IMG/VR virus record: IMGVR_UViG_3300048861_000051
Span: 1 to 32,530 of that record
Reading direction: 5' to 3' (one strand)
Source of the DNA: a virus
Lineage: Duplodnaviria; Caudoviricetes
DNA length: 32,530 nucleotides
Both the position numbers and the translations under genes were made by a program. The notes beneath the pieces are model-generated. The model did no database searches and had not been told where the DNA came from. It worked only from the letters and a program-made list of their open reading frames with translations. Shown here piece by piece: positions 14,407 to 24,052 of the stretch (position 1 is the stretch's first letter; every line of letters starts with the position of its first letter).

Positions 14407-16409
14407 GCACCATGCCGACACCGGAAGTCGAGGTCGACATCGATGTGACAGCCGTCCGTCTGCCGGGCGTGACGACGCTTTGCCGATGGTTCGAAGAATC
14501 GGAGGACATGACCTACGACGCGCGCAAGCTCGCCGAGCGTGACCGCGATTACTACGACGGCCAGCAGTGGACGACGGCCGAGCTAAACATCCTTGCGCGC
14601 CGCGGACAGCCCGCGCTGACGATCAACTACATCAAGCGCAAGGTCGAATATCTGCGCGGCTTCGAGCGCCGGCTACGCAGCGATCCGAAGGCCTTCCCGC
14701 GTGATCCGCAGGATGAGCAACTGAGCGAGGCTGCGACCGATTCACTGCGCTTCGTCGCCGATCAGAACGATTTCGACGTGATCCGCTCGGACGTATTCGA
14801 AGACATGATGATCGAGGGCTATGGCGGCGGCGATGTGACGGTTGTGCCGTCGCGCGATGGTTATGACGTCAGCATCGTGCGTGTGCCATGGGATCGCCTG
14901 TTCTACGACCCGTACAGCCGCCAGAAAGACTTCGGCGATGCGCGCTACAAGGGCATCGTGATCTGGACGGATCGCGACGAAGTGCTCGAAAACTATCCGG
15001 ACCGCGCCGACGAGATCGAATCGACGCTCAACTCGTCGTCGATGGCCGACACATACGACGACCGGCCGAAGTTCACGCGCTGGGCCGATAACCGCCGCAC
15101 CCGCGTGCGCGTCGTGCAGATGCATTTCAACGTCGCCGGCCAGTGGTTCATCACGACGTTCACGAAGGGTGGCTTCCTCGACGATCCGGTGCAATCGCCG
15201 TACGTCGATCGCGAGGGTAATCCGACGTCGTCTCTGATCATGCGCTCGGCTTACGTCGACCGCGAGAACCAGCGCTACGGGCACGTGCGCGACCTGATTT
15301 CGCTTCAGGACGAGATTAACAAACGTCGCTCGAAGGCGTTGCACCTGATGAGCGTGCGCCAGACGTTCGGCAACCGTCAAGCAATCGCCGACGTCGACAA
15401 GGCCAAGCGCGAACTCGCAAAGCCTGATGGACACATTGAAGTCGAGGCCGGCGGCACGCTCAATCAGGATTTCGGCGTACTTCCTACAGGTGACATGGCA
15501 TCGTCGCAGATGGCGCTGCTGCAGCATGCGACCGCTGAAATGCAGGCGAGCGGCCCTAATGCCGCGATGTCTGGCAAAGATCCACGCATTCAGTCCGGAC
15601 GCGCCATTCAGGCGCAGCAGGCCGGCGGCGCAATCGAGGTCGAGCCGATCGTCGACGACCTGCGCCAGTGGACGAAAGACGTGATGGAAGCGTCCTGGCT
15701 GCGCATCCGTCAGTTCTGGGACGGGCCGAAGTGGATTCGCGTCACGGATGACGAGCGCAACGCAAAGTGGGTCGGCCTGAATCAGCCAGTGACGCTCGAA
15801 CAGGCCCTCTCGCGTCTTGATCCGCAGGAAGCCGCGCAACTCGCGCAGCAGATGGGTTTGCAGCCTAACGATCCGCGCCTGCAACAGGTGGTCGACACGG
15901 ACAACGACATCGGTGGTCTCGACGTCGACATCACGATCGAAGAAGGTCCGGACGTCGCGAACATTCAGGCCGAGCAGTTCCAGCAGATCGCGCAGCTCGC
16001 GCAAAGCGGCGTGCCGTTCCCGCCGGCCGTGCTCATTGAGGCGTCGAGTTTGCGCAACAAGGAAAAGCTCCTCGAAATGATGGAGCAAGCACAGCAGGGA
16101 CAAGCACAGGCCCAGCAAACCGCCGCGCAGACCGCACAGGCCAAGGCGGAAGCAGAGATCAACAAGACGAACGCAGATGCGCAAAAGAGTCAGGCGCAGG
16201 CCGTCAAGACGATGTCCGAAGCGCAGCAGCCGCAGCAGCAGAGCGCGCCTGCGGCGCCGCAAGGTCCTACGACGCTCGAGCAGCTGAAAACGGCCGCCGA
16301 GATTCACAAGCTCGACGCGCAGGCCGGCCAGGCGCAATCCATCGCGATCAAGAACATCGCCGACGCACAGCGACCGGCGCAGGTGTCCGACTACCAGGGC
16401 GCCGCATAG
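14403..16409 (+). CDS. P22-like portal protein
   Basis: DRDYYDGQQW, LTINYIK, LQDEINKRRSK; Q/A-rich C-terminal barrel; follows terL. Confidence 0.9.
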   Translation: MSTMPTPEVEVDIDVTAVRLPGVTTLCRWFEESEDMTYDARKLAERDRDYYDGQQWTTAELNILARRGQPALTINYIKRKVEYLRGFERRLRSDPKAFPRDPQDEQLSEAATDSLRFVADQNDFDVIRSDVFEDMMIEGYGGGDVTVVPSRDGYDVSIVRVPWDRLFYDPYSRQKDFGDARYKGIVIWTDRDEVLENYPDRADEIESTLNSSSMADTYDDRPKFTRWADNRRTRVRVVQMHFNVAGQWFITTFTKGGFLDDPVQSPYVDREGNPTSSLIMRSAYVDRENQRYGHVRDLISLQDEINKRRSKALHLMSVRQTFGNRQAIADVDKAKRELAKPDGHIEVEAGGTLNQDFGVLPTGDMASSQMALLQHATAEMQASGPNAAMSGKDPRIQSGRAIQAQQAGGAIEVEPIVDDLRQWTKDVMEASWLRIRQFWDGPKWIRVTDDERNAKWVGLNQPVTLEQALSRLDPQEAAQLAQQMGLQPNDPRLQQVVDTDNDIGGLDVDITIEEGPDVANIQAEQFQQIAQLAQSGVPFPPAVLIEASSLRNKEKLLEMMEQAQQGQAQAQQTAAQTAQAKAEAEINKTNADAQKSQAQAVKTMSEAQQPQQQSAPAAPQGPTTLEQLKTAAEIHKLDAQAGQAQSIAIKNIADAQRPAQVSDYQGAA

Positions 16410-16486
16410 GTTTTGCATCAGCCGCCGCCGGGCAACGGGCGTAATGACTGCCGCCGGGTCGAATCGGGCGTGTTGGAGAGCGAGTA

Positions 16487-17281
16487 ATGGGAACGGCATT
16501 GGACGTGATTCTGAGTGGTGGAGCGAGCACGCAGGAAGCCGCCGAGACGCAGACGCAGCAGGTCGAGCAGACGCAAACGGCAGAGGCATCCAGCGGCGAA
16601 GCGAGCCATGCGGGCGAACAGCAGACGCAGACGGGCGCGGCTGAAGGTGCTGCAACAGATGCGAACGCAACAGGTGCGACGCCGGCACCCGAATCTGGAA
16701 CGACTGTCCCCCTGAAAGCGCTGGAAGAGGAACGGAAGAACCGGCAGGACTGGAAGGAAAAGGCGATCCGCTTCGAGGAAGAACTGAAGCATCTGCGTGC
16801 GCAGCCGCAGCAACCGCAGGGGCAACAGCAGCAAGCGCCAGTCGAGATGGACTTCGACATGCGTCTGCTCAATGAGCGACTCAACACGTCGGAAATGCTT
16901 CTGCGCGCGAAGCACGAAGACGTCGACGACAAGCTCAAGGTCTTTCAGGAAGCAGCGACCAAAAACCCGGCGCTGGGTGCCGAACTGCTTCAGCAACGTC
17001 ATCCGTATGAGTGGATGTACAAGCAGGCGCAGCGCATTCAGGCGATGAACGAGATTGGCGAAGATCCGGCCGCATATCGCGAGCGAGTCAGAGCCGAGAT
17101 CGAAGCCGAGTTGAAAGGCGCTCAGGCCGCCGCACCCGAACAGCAACCAGCCGCAGTAGCCGCGCAAGTGGCCGTGAAACCCACGATTCCCCAATCCCTG
17201 GCGACTGCCCGTTCTGCCGCGCCGCGTACCGCGCAGGCGTGGACCGGGCCGACATCGCTGAACGACATTCTCAAACGATGA
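16487..17281 (+). CDS. Scaffolding protein
   Basis: Acidic disordered N-terminus, VPLKALEEERKNRQ coiled coil; between portal and capsid. Confidence 0.8.
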   Translation: MGTALDVILSGGASTQEAAETQTQQVEQTQTAEASSGEASHAGEQQTQTGAAEGAATDANATGATPAPESGTTVPLKALEEERKNRQDWKEKAIRFEEELKHLRAQPQQPQGQQQQAPVEMDFDMRLLNERLNTSEMLLRAKHEDVDDKLKVFQEAATKNPALGAELLQQRHPYEWMYKQAQRIQAMNEIGEDPAAYRERVRAEIEAELKGAQAAAPEQQPAAVAAQVAVKPTIPQSLATARSAAPRTAQAWTGPTSLNDILKR

Positions 17282-17290
17282 GGCTGAAAA

Positions 17291-18385
17291 ATGGCTGAGA
17301 CTCTTGCCCGCGCAGGGCTCACTCCCCAGCAATGGGACGACCAGTTCTTCATGGAATATGTCCGTGACTCGCGCTTCCGGCGCTACATGGGCACCGACGA
17401 GAACGCGGTGATTCAACTCAAAGATGACCTGACCCGCAAACCGGGTGACCGCGTCACCTTCGCGAACGTGCGCAAGCTCCGCGGCGACGGCGTGACCGGC
17501 AACCAGGTGCTGGAGGGCAACGAAGAAGAACTCGACTCGCGCTCGATGGCGGTGCAGGTCAATCCGCTGCGCAACGCGGTCGTGGTGACCGATTGGGACG
17601 ATCAGAAGTCCGCGATCGACCTGCGCAACGCTGGCCGCATGGCGCTGAAGCTGTGGGCGATGGAAAAGATGCGCGACGGCACGATCGACGCGCTCTATTC
17701 GATCAACGGCGTGTCGTACGGCAGCGCGAGCGAAGCGGCGAAGGACGCATGGCTCGCCGATAACGCAGACCGTGTGCTCTTCGGCGCTGCGATCGGCAAC
17801 AACAGCGGCAACGACCATTCGGCTTCGCTGGCGAACATCGACAACACGGCCGACAAGCTGACCTGCGACATGGTCAGCCTCGCGAAGCGCCGCGCGCAAC
17901 TCGCGTCGCCCGCGATCAAGCCGATTCGCCTCGCCGAGGATGAAGAGTGGTTCGTGATGTTCGCGAACTCACTGGCCTTCCGCGATCTGAGCACCGATCC
18001 GGCGATGGTCAATGCAAATCGCACGGCGCGCCCGCGCGAATCCGGCGCCCTGTCGAATAACCCGCTGTTCACTGGCGGCTCGTTGCAGTGGGACGGCGTG
18101 ATCATCCGCGAAATCCCGGAAATTCCGTTCCTGCCGGGTGTCGGCGCGGGCGGCATCCAGGTCGGCGCGAACTTCCTCTGCGGCGCGCAGGCAGTCGGTG
18201 TGGCATGGGCGCAGCGCACGAAGTCGACGACCAACGTCCGCGACTACGGCTTTCGTTCGGGCGTAGGCGTGCAGGAAATCCGCGGCATCGAAAAGCTGCT
18301 GTTCGGTCGTGGCCCGGACGACACCGACAACCTCGTGCAACACGGCGTCGTGACGGTGTACGCCGCCGCTGTCGCTGACGCTTAA
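17291..18385 (+). CDS. Major capsid protein (N4-gp56/DUF4043 type)
   Basis: DLTRKPGDRVTF..LRGDGVTGNQVLEGNEEEL, PLFTGG..WDGVII, LCGAQA, DYG. Confidence 0.88.
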   Translation: MAETLARAGLTPQQWDDQFFMEYVRDSRFRRYMGTDENAVIQLKDDLTRKPGDRVTFANVRKLRGDGVTGNQVLEGNEEELDSRSMAVQVNPLRNAVVVTDWDDQKSAIDLRNAGRMALKLWAMEKMRDGTIDALYSINGVSYGSASEAAKDAWLADNADRVLFGAAIGNNSGNDHSASLANIDNTADKLTCDMVSLAKRRAQLASPAIKPIRLAEDEEWFVMFANSLAFRDLSTDPAMVNANRTARPRESGALSNNPLFTGGSLQWDGVIIREIPEIPFLPGVGAGGIQVGANFLCGAQAVGVAWAQRTKSTTNVRDYGFRSGVGVQEIRGIEKLLFGRGPDDTDNLVQHGVVTVYAAAVADA

Positions 18386-18397
18386 GGAGAAAACGAC

Positions 18398-18835
18398 ATG
18401 GCAACGCATGTGATGACGAATGCGCAGGGCCGCGCCGCAGCGGCGGCCGGCGTCGGCGACGCGAAAAGCCTGAAGTGCGCCACCGTGAGCTATTCGCTCG
18501 CTGCGGCTTTGGCTCTGAACGATGTGCTGCAAGGCCCGATGTTGCAGGCTGGCTCGACGGTTGTCGACGTCACGTTGGTGACGACTGATCTCGACACCAA
18601 CGGCACGCCGACGATCACGCTCGACGTCGGCTACGGCGGTGATGCGGACTACTTCATCGCCGCTTCGACGATCGGTCAGGCCGGCGGTATTGCTCGGGCC
18701 AGCGCGGCCACGGCACAGCCGCTCACGCTGGAATCGAACGACACCATCGACGTGACGGTCCACGCTGCCCCGGCAACGGGCGCGACGACGGGCACGGTGA
18801 CGCTGTCGGTGTTCTTCCTGCCGGCGTTCGGCTGA
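18398..18835 (+). CDS. Probable capsid decoration/cement protein
   Basis: Beta-rich A/T/G protein, DLDTNGTPTITLDVG; strong AAGGAG RBS right after capsid gene. Confidence 0.65.
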   Translation: MATHVMTNAQGRAAAAAGVGDAKSLKCATVSYSLAAALALNDVLQGPMLQAGSTVVDVTLVTTDLDTNGTPTITLDVGYGGDADYFIAASTIGQAGGIARASAATAQPLTLESNDTIDVTVHAAPATGATTGTVTLSVFFLPAFG

Positions 18836-18882
18836 TCCAGCGCGGGGCGGTCGGCACGACGCCCCGCTCTCAGGAGATTGAC

Positions 18883-19353
18883 GTGGCAAAGGTGAGATTT
18901 ATCGGGGACCCGAATCAGCCGCGCGAGCGCCGCGACGGGACCGAATTCATGGGCGTGGTGCTGCCGCTCGGCGAGTGGGTAGAGATGAACGATATGCCGG
19001 CCCGCAAGCTGAGCCGCAACGCGCATTTCGAGGTCGACGATCTGCCGCCGCCTCCGGAACCGGTGCTCGAAGCGCCTGCGGGTGACGAGCTTTCCATGCT
19101 GCGCCTGGACTTCGCTGAGTTGGCACAGGACCGCGAGGAACTGATCGCGGCGTATCGCGAGCGCGGCGAGCAGCTCGACGCAGCCCGCGCGCGCATCGCA
19201 GAACTCGAAGTGCAACTTGCCGGGCAGACGAAGCCGGCCGAAGGGGAAGCGAATGGCGACGACGCTGCCGGAACTGGCGAAGCGGGTGCTGCAAAAGCTG
19301 AAGGTGTTGGGCGAGGGGCAAACAGCAAACGCCGAGGATCAGCAGATAGCTGA
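18883..19353 (+). CDS. Hypothetical virion-associated protein with coiled coil
   Basis: AGGAG RBS and GTG; KLSRNAHFEV; heptad segment. Confidence 0.65.
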   Translation: MAKVRFIGDPNQPRERRDGTEFMGVVLPLGEWVEMNDMPARKLSRNAHFEVDDLPPPPEPVLEAPAGDELSMLRLDFAELAQDREELIAAYRERGEQLDAARARIAELEVQLAGQTKPAEGEANGDDAAGTGEAGAAKAEGVGRGANSKRRGSADS

Positions 19354-19588
19354 GCAGAAGGTCCGCGCGGTCCATGCATCGATCCGCAAGGATGAGCGCG
19401 TGCGCTGGACGATCAACGACCTGCCAGAAGCCGCAGAAGAGCCATATGTGTTGATGGCAGCGTTTTTGGGCGCGACGGAGTTCAGTCGCCCGCCCGATCC
19501 GATGTGGTGGACATGGGGCGAGCGCGAGATCAATTCGATCATCCAGACGCCGCAGTCTGGTCAGACAGTTAGAACGGAGTATTTCTGA
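19253..19588 (+). CDS. Head-tail adaptor (P22 gp4-like)
   Basis: LAKRVLQKLKVLGEGQTANAED; position in operon. Confidence 0.65.
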   Translation: MATTLPELAKRVLQKLKVLGEGQTANAEDQQIAEQKVRAVHASIRKDERVRWTINDLPEAAEEPYVLMAAFLGATEFSRPPDPMWWTWGEREINSIIQTPQSGQTVRTEYF

Positions 19589-19998
19589 TGGACGTCAAGT
19601 TTTCAGTTGCGCTTGATCAGCCTGTGCAGAGCCGCGATTTCGAAGTGGCTGCAGGGGATGATTTTCGCGTGCTGCTTGACGTCTATGCAAGCGACGTCGA
19701 TGACGGCACGGAGCCGATTGACCTCACCGGCGCGACGCTCACACTGCGCGTCGCCGATTGCGTTTATCCGTCCCTCACGGTGACAGCGCCCGGTGCGGCT
19801 GAAACTTCCTTCGTGTTCGTTCCGGACAACACCAGCGGCGCAAATGGGCGCCTTCCGTATCGCATCTACATGGATGGCGAGGACGGCAAGCGTACGACAC
19901 TCGCATGGGGATCCATGGTCGTGCGCAACGCGCGCTGGGAAGGCTGGCCAAGCGGAAGTGATTACGGATGGCGCTATGGTCGGGGGTGGCCGGTATGA
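19588..19998 (+). CDS. Ig-like virion protein (BppU N-terminal-like)
   Basis: GDDF..L, PIDLTGATL, YRI...GSMVV pattern. Confidence 0.55.
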   Translation: MDVKFSVALDQPVQSRDFEVAAGDDFRVLLDVYASDVDDGTEPIDLTGATLTLRVADCVYPSLTVTAPGAAETSFVFVPDNTSGANGRLPYRIYMDGEDGKRTTLAWGSMVVRNARWEGWPSGSDYGWRYGRGWPV

Positions 19999-21410
19999 AG
20001 CTGCCATTGACCACAGGCGCGTACGAGGCGCGGAGCATCATCGCGAGTGCGCAGCGCTGCGTGAATCTCTATCCCGAGAGTAACCCAGCCGACTCTGAAT
20101 TTCCGACTACGCATTATCCGACTCCGGGGCTAATCACACGCGCCACTGCTCCGGTGAAAGGTTTTCGCGCGCTTTATCCGGCCACCAATGGCGAACTCTA
20201 TGCGGTGGTCGCAAACATGCTCTATCGCATCGAGAAGAACTGGTCGTTTAGCCAGATGGGAGTACTGTCGTCGACGAGTGGTCCTGTCTCGATGATCGAC
20301 AATACGCTGACGCTGGTCGTCGTTGATGGCACCCCAGGAGGCGGATATACCGTCGACCTGACAACTCACAGTTTCTCAAAGATCAACGATGCGGCATTCT
20401 ACGGTTCTCCGCGCGTTTCGATCCTCGATGATTTCCTGATCTTCAATCAGCCCGGCACTCGGCAGTTCTACATCAGCGGGGCGCTCGCGCTGACCTTCGA
20501 CCCGCTCGATATCGCGTCGAAGAATGGCGCACCCGACAAACTGGTTGCTTCCGCAGTCGTCAATCACACGATCTGGCTCTTCGGAGAGCGCTCGGCAGAG
20601 GTTTGGTACAACACCGGCGACGCGGATTTTGTGTTCGGTCGATATCCGGGCGTGTTCATCCAGCAGGGCTGTGTTTCTGCCGCATCAGTTGCCACGATCG
20701 ATACCGTAATTTTCTGGTTGTCGGACGGCGCAGACGGCGACGGGATGATCTTCCGCAACAACCAAATGACCGCGCAGCGCATCTCGACGCACGCGATTGA
20801 AACTGAGATCAAGTCCTATCCGCGCATCGATGATGCGATTGGATTTTGCTATCAGAGCGAGGGCCATGCGTTCTACGTTCTGACCTTCCCAGCGGCAGAC
20901 AAGACCTGGACCTATGACATCGCCACCGGCCAATGGCATGAGCGGCTGTGGCTTGATTCAAGCGGTCAATTGCATCGCCACCGTGGCAACTGCTTTGCAC
21001 AATGGAATCGCATGCAACTCGTCGGCGACTGGGAGACGGGCGACCTGTATGAACTGACATCAGATGCATTCGATGACGCGGGCAATGCAATGTTGCACGT
21101 CCGCTCGTGGCCAGCGCTCTCCAATGAGAAAGAGCAGGTTTTCCTTGACCGTTTTGCGCTCGACATGGAAGTCGGTGAGATTCCTGTCGATCAGGACGAA
21201 CCGCAAGTGCGCTTGCGCTGGTCAGACACGCGCGGCCGCACGTGGGGCACGCAAATTTCGCGCGGCCTCGGCGCGCGCGGCGAGTTTCATCGGCTCGTCG
21301 ACTTCAACCGGTGCGGACGCTCGCGCGAGCGTGTATTCGAAGCTTCGTGGTCGGCCAATGTCAAGACTGCCCTGAACGGTGCATATGTCAACCCGGAATC
21401 GGGGGTGTGA
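19995..21410 (+). CDS. Tail nozzle / packaged DNA stabilisation protein (P22 gp10-like)
   Basis: QRCVNLYPE, RISTHAIE, GHAFYVLTFP..TWTYD..TGQWHER, LRWSDTRGRTW. Confidence 0.88.
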   Translation: MKLPLTTGAYEARSIIASAQRCVNLYPESNPADSEFPTTHYPTPGLITRATAPVKGFRALYPATNGELYAVVANMLYRIEKNWSFSQMGVLSSTSGPVSMIDNTLTLVVVDGTPGGGYTVDLTTHSFSKINDAAFYGSPRVSILDDFLIFNQPGTRQFYISGALALTFDPLDIASKNGAPDKLVASAVVNHTIWLFGERSAEVWYNTGDADFVFGRYPGVFIQQGCVSAASVATIDTVIFWLSDGADGDGMIFRNNQMTAQRISTHAIETEIKSYPRIDDAIGFCYQSEGHAFYVLTFPAADKTWTYDIATGQWHERLWLDSSGQLHRHRGNCFAQWNRMQLVGDWETGDLYELTSDAFDDAGNAMLHVRSWPALSNEKEQVFLDRFALDMEVGEIPVDQDEPQVRLRWSDTRGRTWGTQISRGLGARGEFHRLVDFNRCGRSRERVFEASWSANVKTALNGAYVNPESGV

Positions 21411-21862
21411 TGGCGGCGAATCTTAATTCTCCATTCCCGCCGTCCGATTTGCCGTTTATTGATGCCGGCGGCCGCGTGAATCGAGTGTGGCTCGACTTCC
21501 TCGTTTCACTGTTCCGTCGCACGGGATCTACGACTGGGGGTGATTTGACAGGGCTCACTTTGATCGTCGAGCAGCATACGGAGCACCTCAATGAAATTGA
21601 CCGTGAAATCGCGGACCTGCAATTACTCGTCGAATCCGACCCGTTCAGCGCTGCGATGGCCGCCATCCTTTCGCGCATGGCGACTCTCGAATTGATGGTT
21701 GCGACGTTGCCAGTCAGTGCACTGGTGCCACGCATGAAATTGCAATTGCCCGACCCTGTAGCGCCAGCGGCGAGGGCTGCACAGATTCTTCCAGAGCCCG
21801 TCACACCAACGGCGCGGCCGGCAAATGACGATCTTCGAAAACTGATTGAGGCCCAAACATGA
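21410..21862 (+). CDS. Probable tail needle-like protein (P22 gp26 position)
   Basis: GRVNRVWLDFL N-terminus, central coiled coil; follows nozzle. Confidence 0.55.
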   Translation: MAANLNSPFPPSDLPFIDAGGRVNRVWLDFLVSLFRRTGSTTGGDLTGLTLIVEQHTEHLNEIDREIADLQLLVESDPFSAAMAAILSRMATLELMVATLPVSALVPRMKLQLPDPVAPAARAAQILPEPVTPTARPANDDLRKLIEAQT

Positions 21863-22185
21863 CAGTCGCATGGAAAACCCTTTCGCAGGGCGTCTTGACC
21901 GGCACTGCGGCATCGCAATATGCGCCGGCATTAGCCAAGCAGGGCGCGATTCACTCGGCGCACGCATGGAACCCGGGGGCATCGTCTGCGACGCTGAATG
22001 TCTATCTCGTTCCCTCTGGTGGCACGGCGGTCGATGCGACGCACGTGTTCCAGTGGAGCGTGCCAGCCGGCAAGCCGTTGTATCTGGCCGAACTGGTCAA
22101 TCTGAAGATCGCGAATCCGTCGTCGTTGTATGCCGATGGCAATGGCGTCACGCTGACGATCACCGGCGCGGAGGCTGACGCGTGA
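21859..22185 (+). CDS. Small beta-rich virion-region protein
   Basis: 108 aa; ATGA/GTGA coupling; alternating beta pattern. Confidence 0.7.
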   Translation: MTVAWKTLSQGVLTGTAASQYAPALAKQGAIHSAHAWNPGASSATLNVYLVPSGGTAVDATHVFQWSVPAGKPLYLAELVNLKIANPSSLYADGNGVTLTITGAEADA

Positions 22186-22751
22186 ATCATTTCCTGAAAA
22201 TCGCCGAGGGCGTCGACATCATGCCGCTGCTTGCTGCGATCAAGCGCAACCCGCAACTGTGGAAAGAGGACACGTATCTGCGTGACTATCCGCAGGGGCC
22301 GTTCGGTGACACCGATACGATCATGCTGCGCTTTCCTGTCAAGTCGGTGAAGCAGACTCAGGAAGAGGTCGATCAGCATCTGCTCACGCACGATCCGCAC
22401 GAAAGCATCGACTATCCACCGTACAAGCTTCTGACCGAGGCGCGGCCGCTCGTAATGGGCCTCATGGCACGCGTTCAGGGCGAGCGTCTTGGTCGCGTGA
22501 TGATCAACAAGCTGAAGCCCGGCGGCCGGATCTATCCGCATGCCGACACGCCGGAGCATGCGGCCTATTACACGCGTCATCACATCGTCATTGAGAGCGA
22601 GCCGGGCAATGTGTTCCGCTGCGCCGATGAGCAGGTGCATATGCGCCAAGGCGAGGTCTGGTGGTTTAACAACGCGCTTGAACACGAGGTCATCAATAAC
22701 AGCGCGTCCGACCGCATCAATATGGTCGTCGACATCAGGACCGCACGATGA
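22182..22751 (+). CDS. Fe(II)/2-oxoglutarate dioxygenase, aspartyl/asparaginyl beta-hydroxylase-like
   Basis: LKPGGRIYPHAD (HxD), GEVWWFNNALEHEVIN (distal H), DRINMVVD (2OG-binding R). Confidence 0.85.
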   Translation: MNHFLKIAEGVDIMPLLAAIKRNPQLWKEDTYLRDYPQGPFGDTDTIMLRFPVKSVKQTQEEVDQHLLTHDPHESIDYPPYKLLTEARPLVMGLMARVQGERLGRVMINKLKPGGRIYPHADTPEHAAYYTRHHIVIESEPGNVFRCADEQVHMRQGEVWWFNNALEHEVINNSASDRINMVVDIRTAR

Positions 22752-23209
22752 TCACTTTCTCAATCGAACCATTCTCTTCGGTATATGACGAGCTTCTGCC
22801 GCTGCTGAAGGCGCATTACGGCGAGATTTCCACGCACAAGGATCACGGCGTTCCTCTTGAACCGATGGTCGACGTCTACCGCGCGCGTGAGACTGACGGC
22901 ACGCTGATGATGGTCATTGGCCGCGAGCGGGGCGAGATCGTTGCGTACTTCGTGTGTTTCGTTGCTCCGGGTCTGCATTACCGATCCTGCCTGACGTGCT
23001 CGCCAGATATTTTCTTCGTCGAATCATCGCGCCGCACCGGCACGGCTGGCGTGCGCATGTTCCGCTTCGTCGAAGCGGAACTGCGGCGCCGTGGCGTAAA
23101 GCGTTGGGCCGTAGGGAGCAAGGTCGCGCATGACGCGTCTGCGCTGTTTCGTTTTCTCGACTTTCAGCCGGTCGAGACAACGTATGAAAAATGGCTCGGG
23201 GAGGAATAG
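22748..23209 (+). CDS. GNAT-family acyltransferase
   Basis: DIFFVESSRRTGTAG motif A, LFRFLDF motif B; P22 gp14 position. Confidence 0.8.
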   Translation: MITFSIEPFSSVYDELLPLLKAHYGEISTHKDHGVPLEPMVDVYRARETDGTLMMVIGRERGEIVAYFVCFVAPGLHYRSCLTCSPDIFFVESSRRTGTAGVRMFRFVEAELRRRGVKRWAVGSKVAHDASALFRFLDFQPVETTYEKWLGEE

Positions 23210-23212
23210 ATC

Positions 23213-24052
23213 ATGGTCGCTGCAGCGGTAGCAGGCGGTGCAATCGTAGGAGGCGTGGCTTCCAGCGCGATCGGCGGAAGTGCCTCGAAGAGCGCGGCCA
23301 GCACGCAGGCCGATGCGGCAAACAATGCCGCACAACTTCAGAAGCAGGCAACTGATCAGGAGCGCCAGGATCTCCAGCCATTTACCGGGCTAGGCGTTTC
23401 TGCAATCAATCCATTGATAAGCGCACTCGGATACAACGCGTCCGCACAAGATGGCAATCAGTGGAGCATGGGCGTTAATCCGAGTTCGATTCTGCAGCAG
23501 CAATTCAGCTATGGCGGTTTCACTGCGCCAACTGCGGCCGCCGCTGCGGCGACGCCGGGCTATCAATTCACGCTCGATCAGGGCCTGAAGGCCGCTCAGA
23601 ATAGTGCATCCGCGCGCGGATTGGGTTCGTCTGGCGCTGCATTGAAAGGCGCTTCGAGCTATGCGACTGGTCTAGCAGACAGCACATATGACGATACCTA
23701 CAACCGAGCGTTGTCCACCTATACGACCAATCGCAATAACGCCGCCAGTAACTTCGCCACGAACTACAGTTCCGCGGCCGACAACGCCAATCGACTGCTC
23801 GGCCTTGTAAATCTCGGGCAGAACTCGGCCGCCATGCAAGGGGCTGCGTCAGTCTCTGGCGCGAATAGCGTGGCAGGCACTCTTACATCTGGCGCAGCTG
23901 CTCAGGCGGCCGGAACGGTCGGCGCGGCCAATGCGCTATCAGGCGGCATCAGTACTGCAGTCAATGGCGGTACAAACGCGCTTCTTCTCAACGGCCTGCT
24001 TGGCAAGAACACGGCGGCCGCGGCCGCTACCGACGCATGGGGGACGATGTAA
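23213..24052 (+). CDS. DNA ejection/pilot protein (P22 gp7-like)
   Basis: Gly/Ala-rich hydrophobic N-terminus; TPGYQFTLDQG...ASARG..SGAALK. Confidence 0.8.
   Translation: MVAAAVAGGAIVGGVASSAIGGSASKSAASTQADAANNAAQLQKQATDQERQDLQPFTGLGVSAINPLISALGYNASAQDGNQWSMGVNPSSILQQQFSYGGFTAPTAAAAAATPGYQFTLDQGLKAAQNSASARGLGSSGAALKGASSYATGLADSTYDDTYNRALSTYTTNRNNAASNFATNYSSAADNANRLLGLVNLGQNSAAMQGAASVSGANSVAGTLTSGAAAQAAGTVGAANALSGGISTAVNGGTNALLLNGLLGKNTAAAAATDAWGTM

Noticed and set aside
14742-17899. Long minus-strand ORFs (648 and 493 aa) opposite portal, scaffold and capsid
   Set aside because: Shadow frames of GC-rich coding DNA; no RBS or protein motifs
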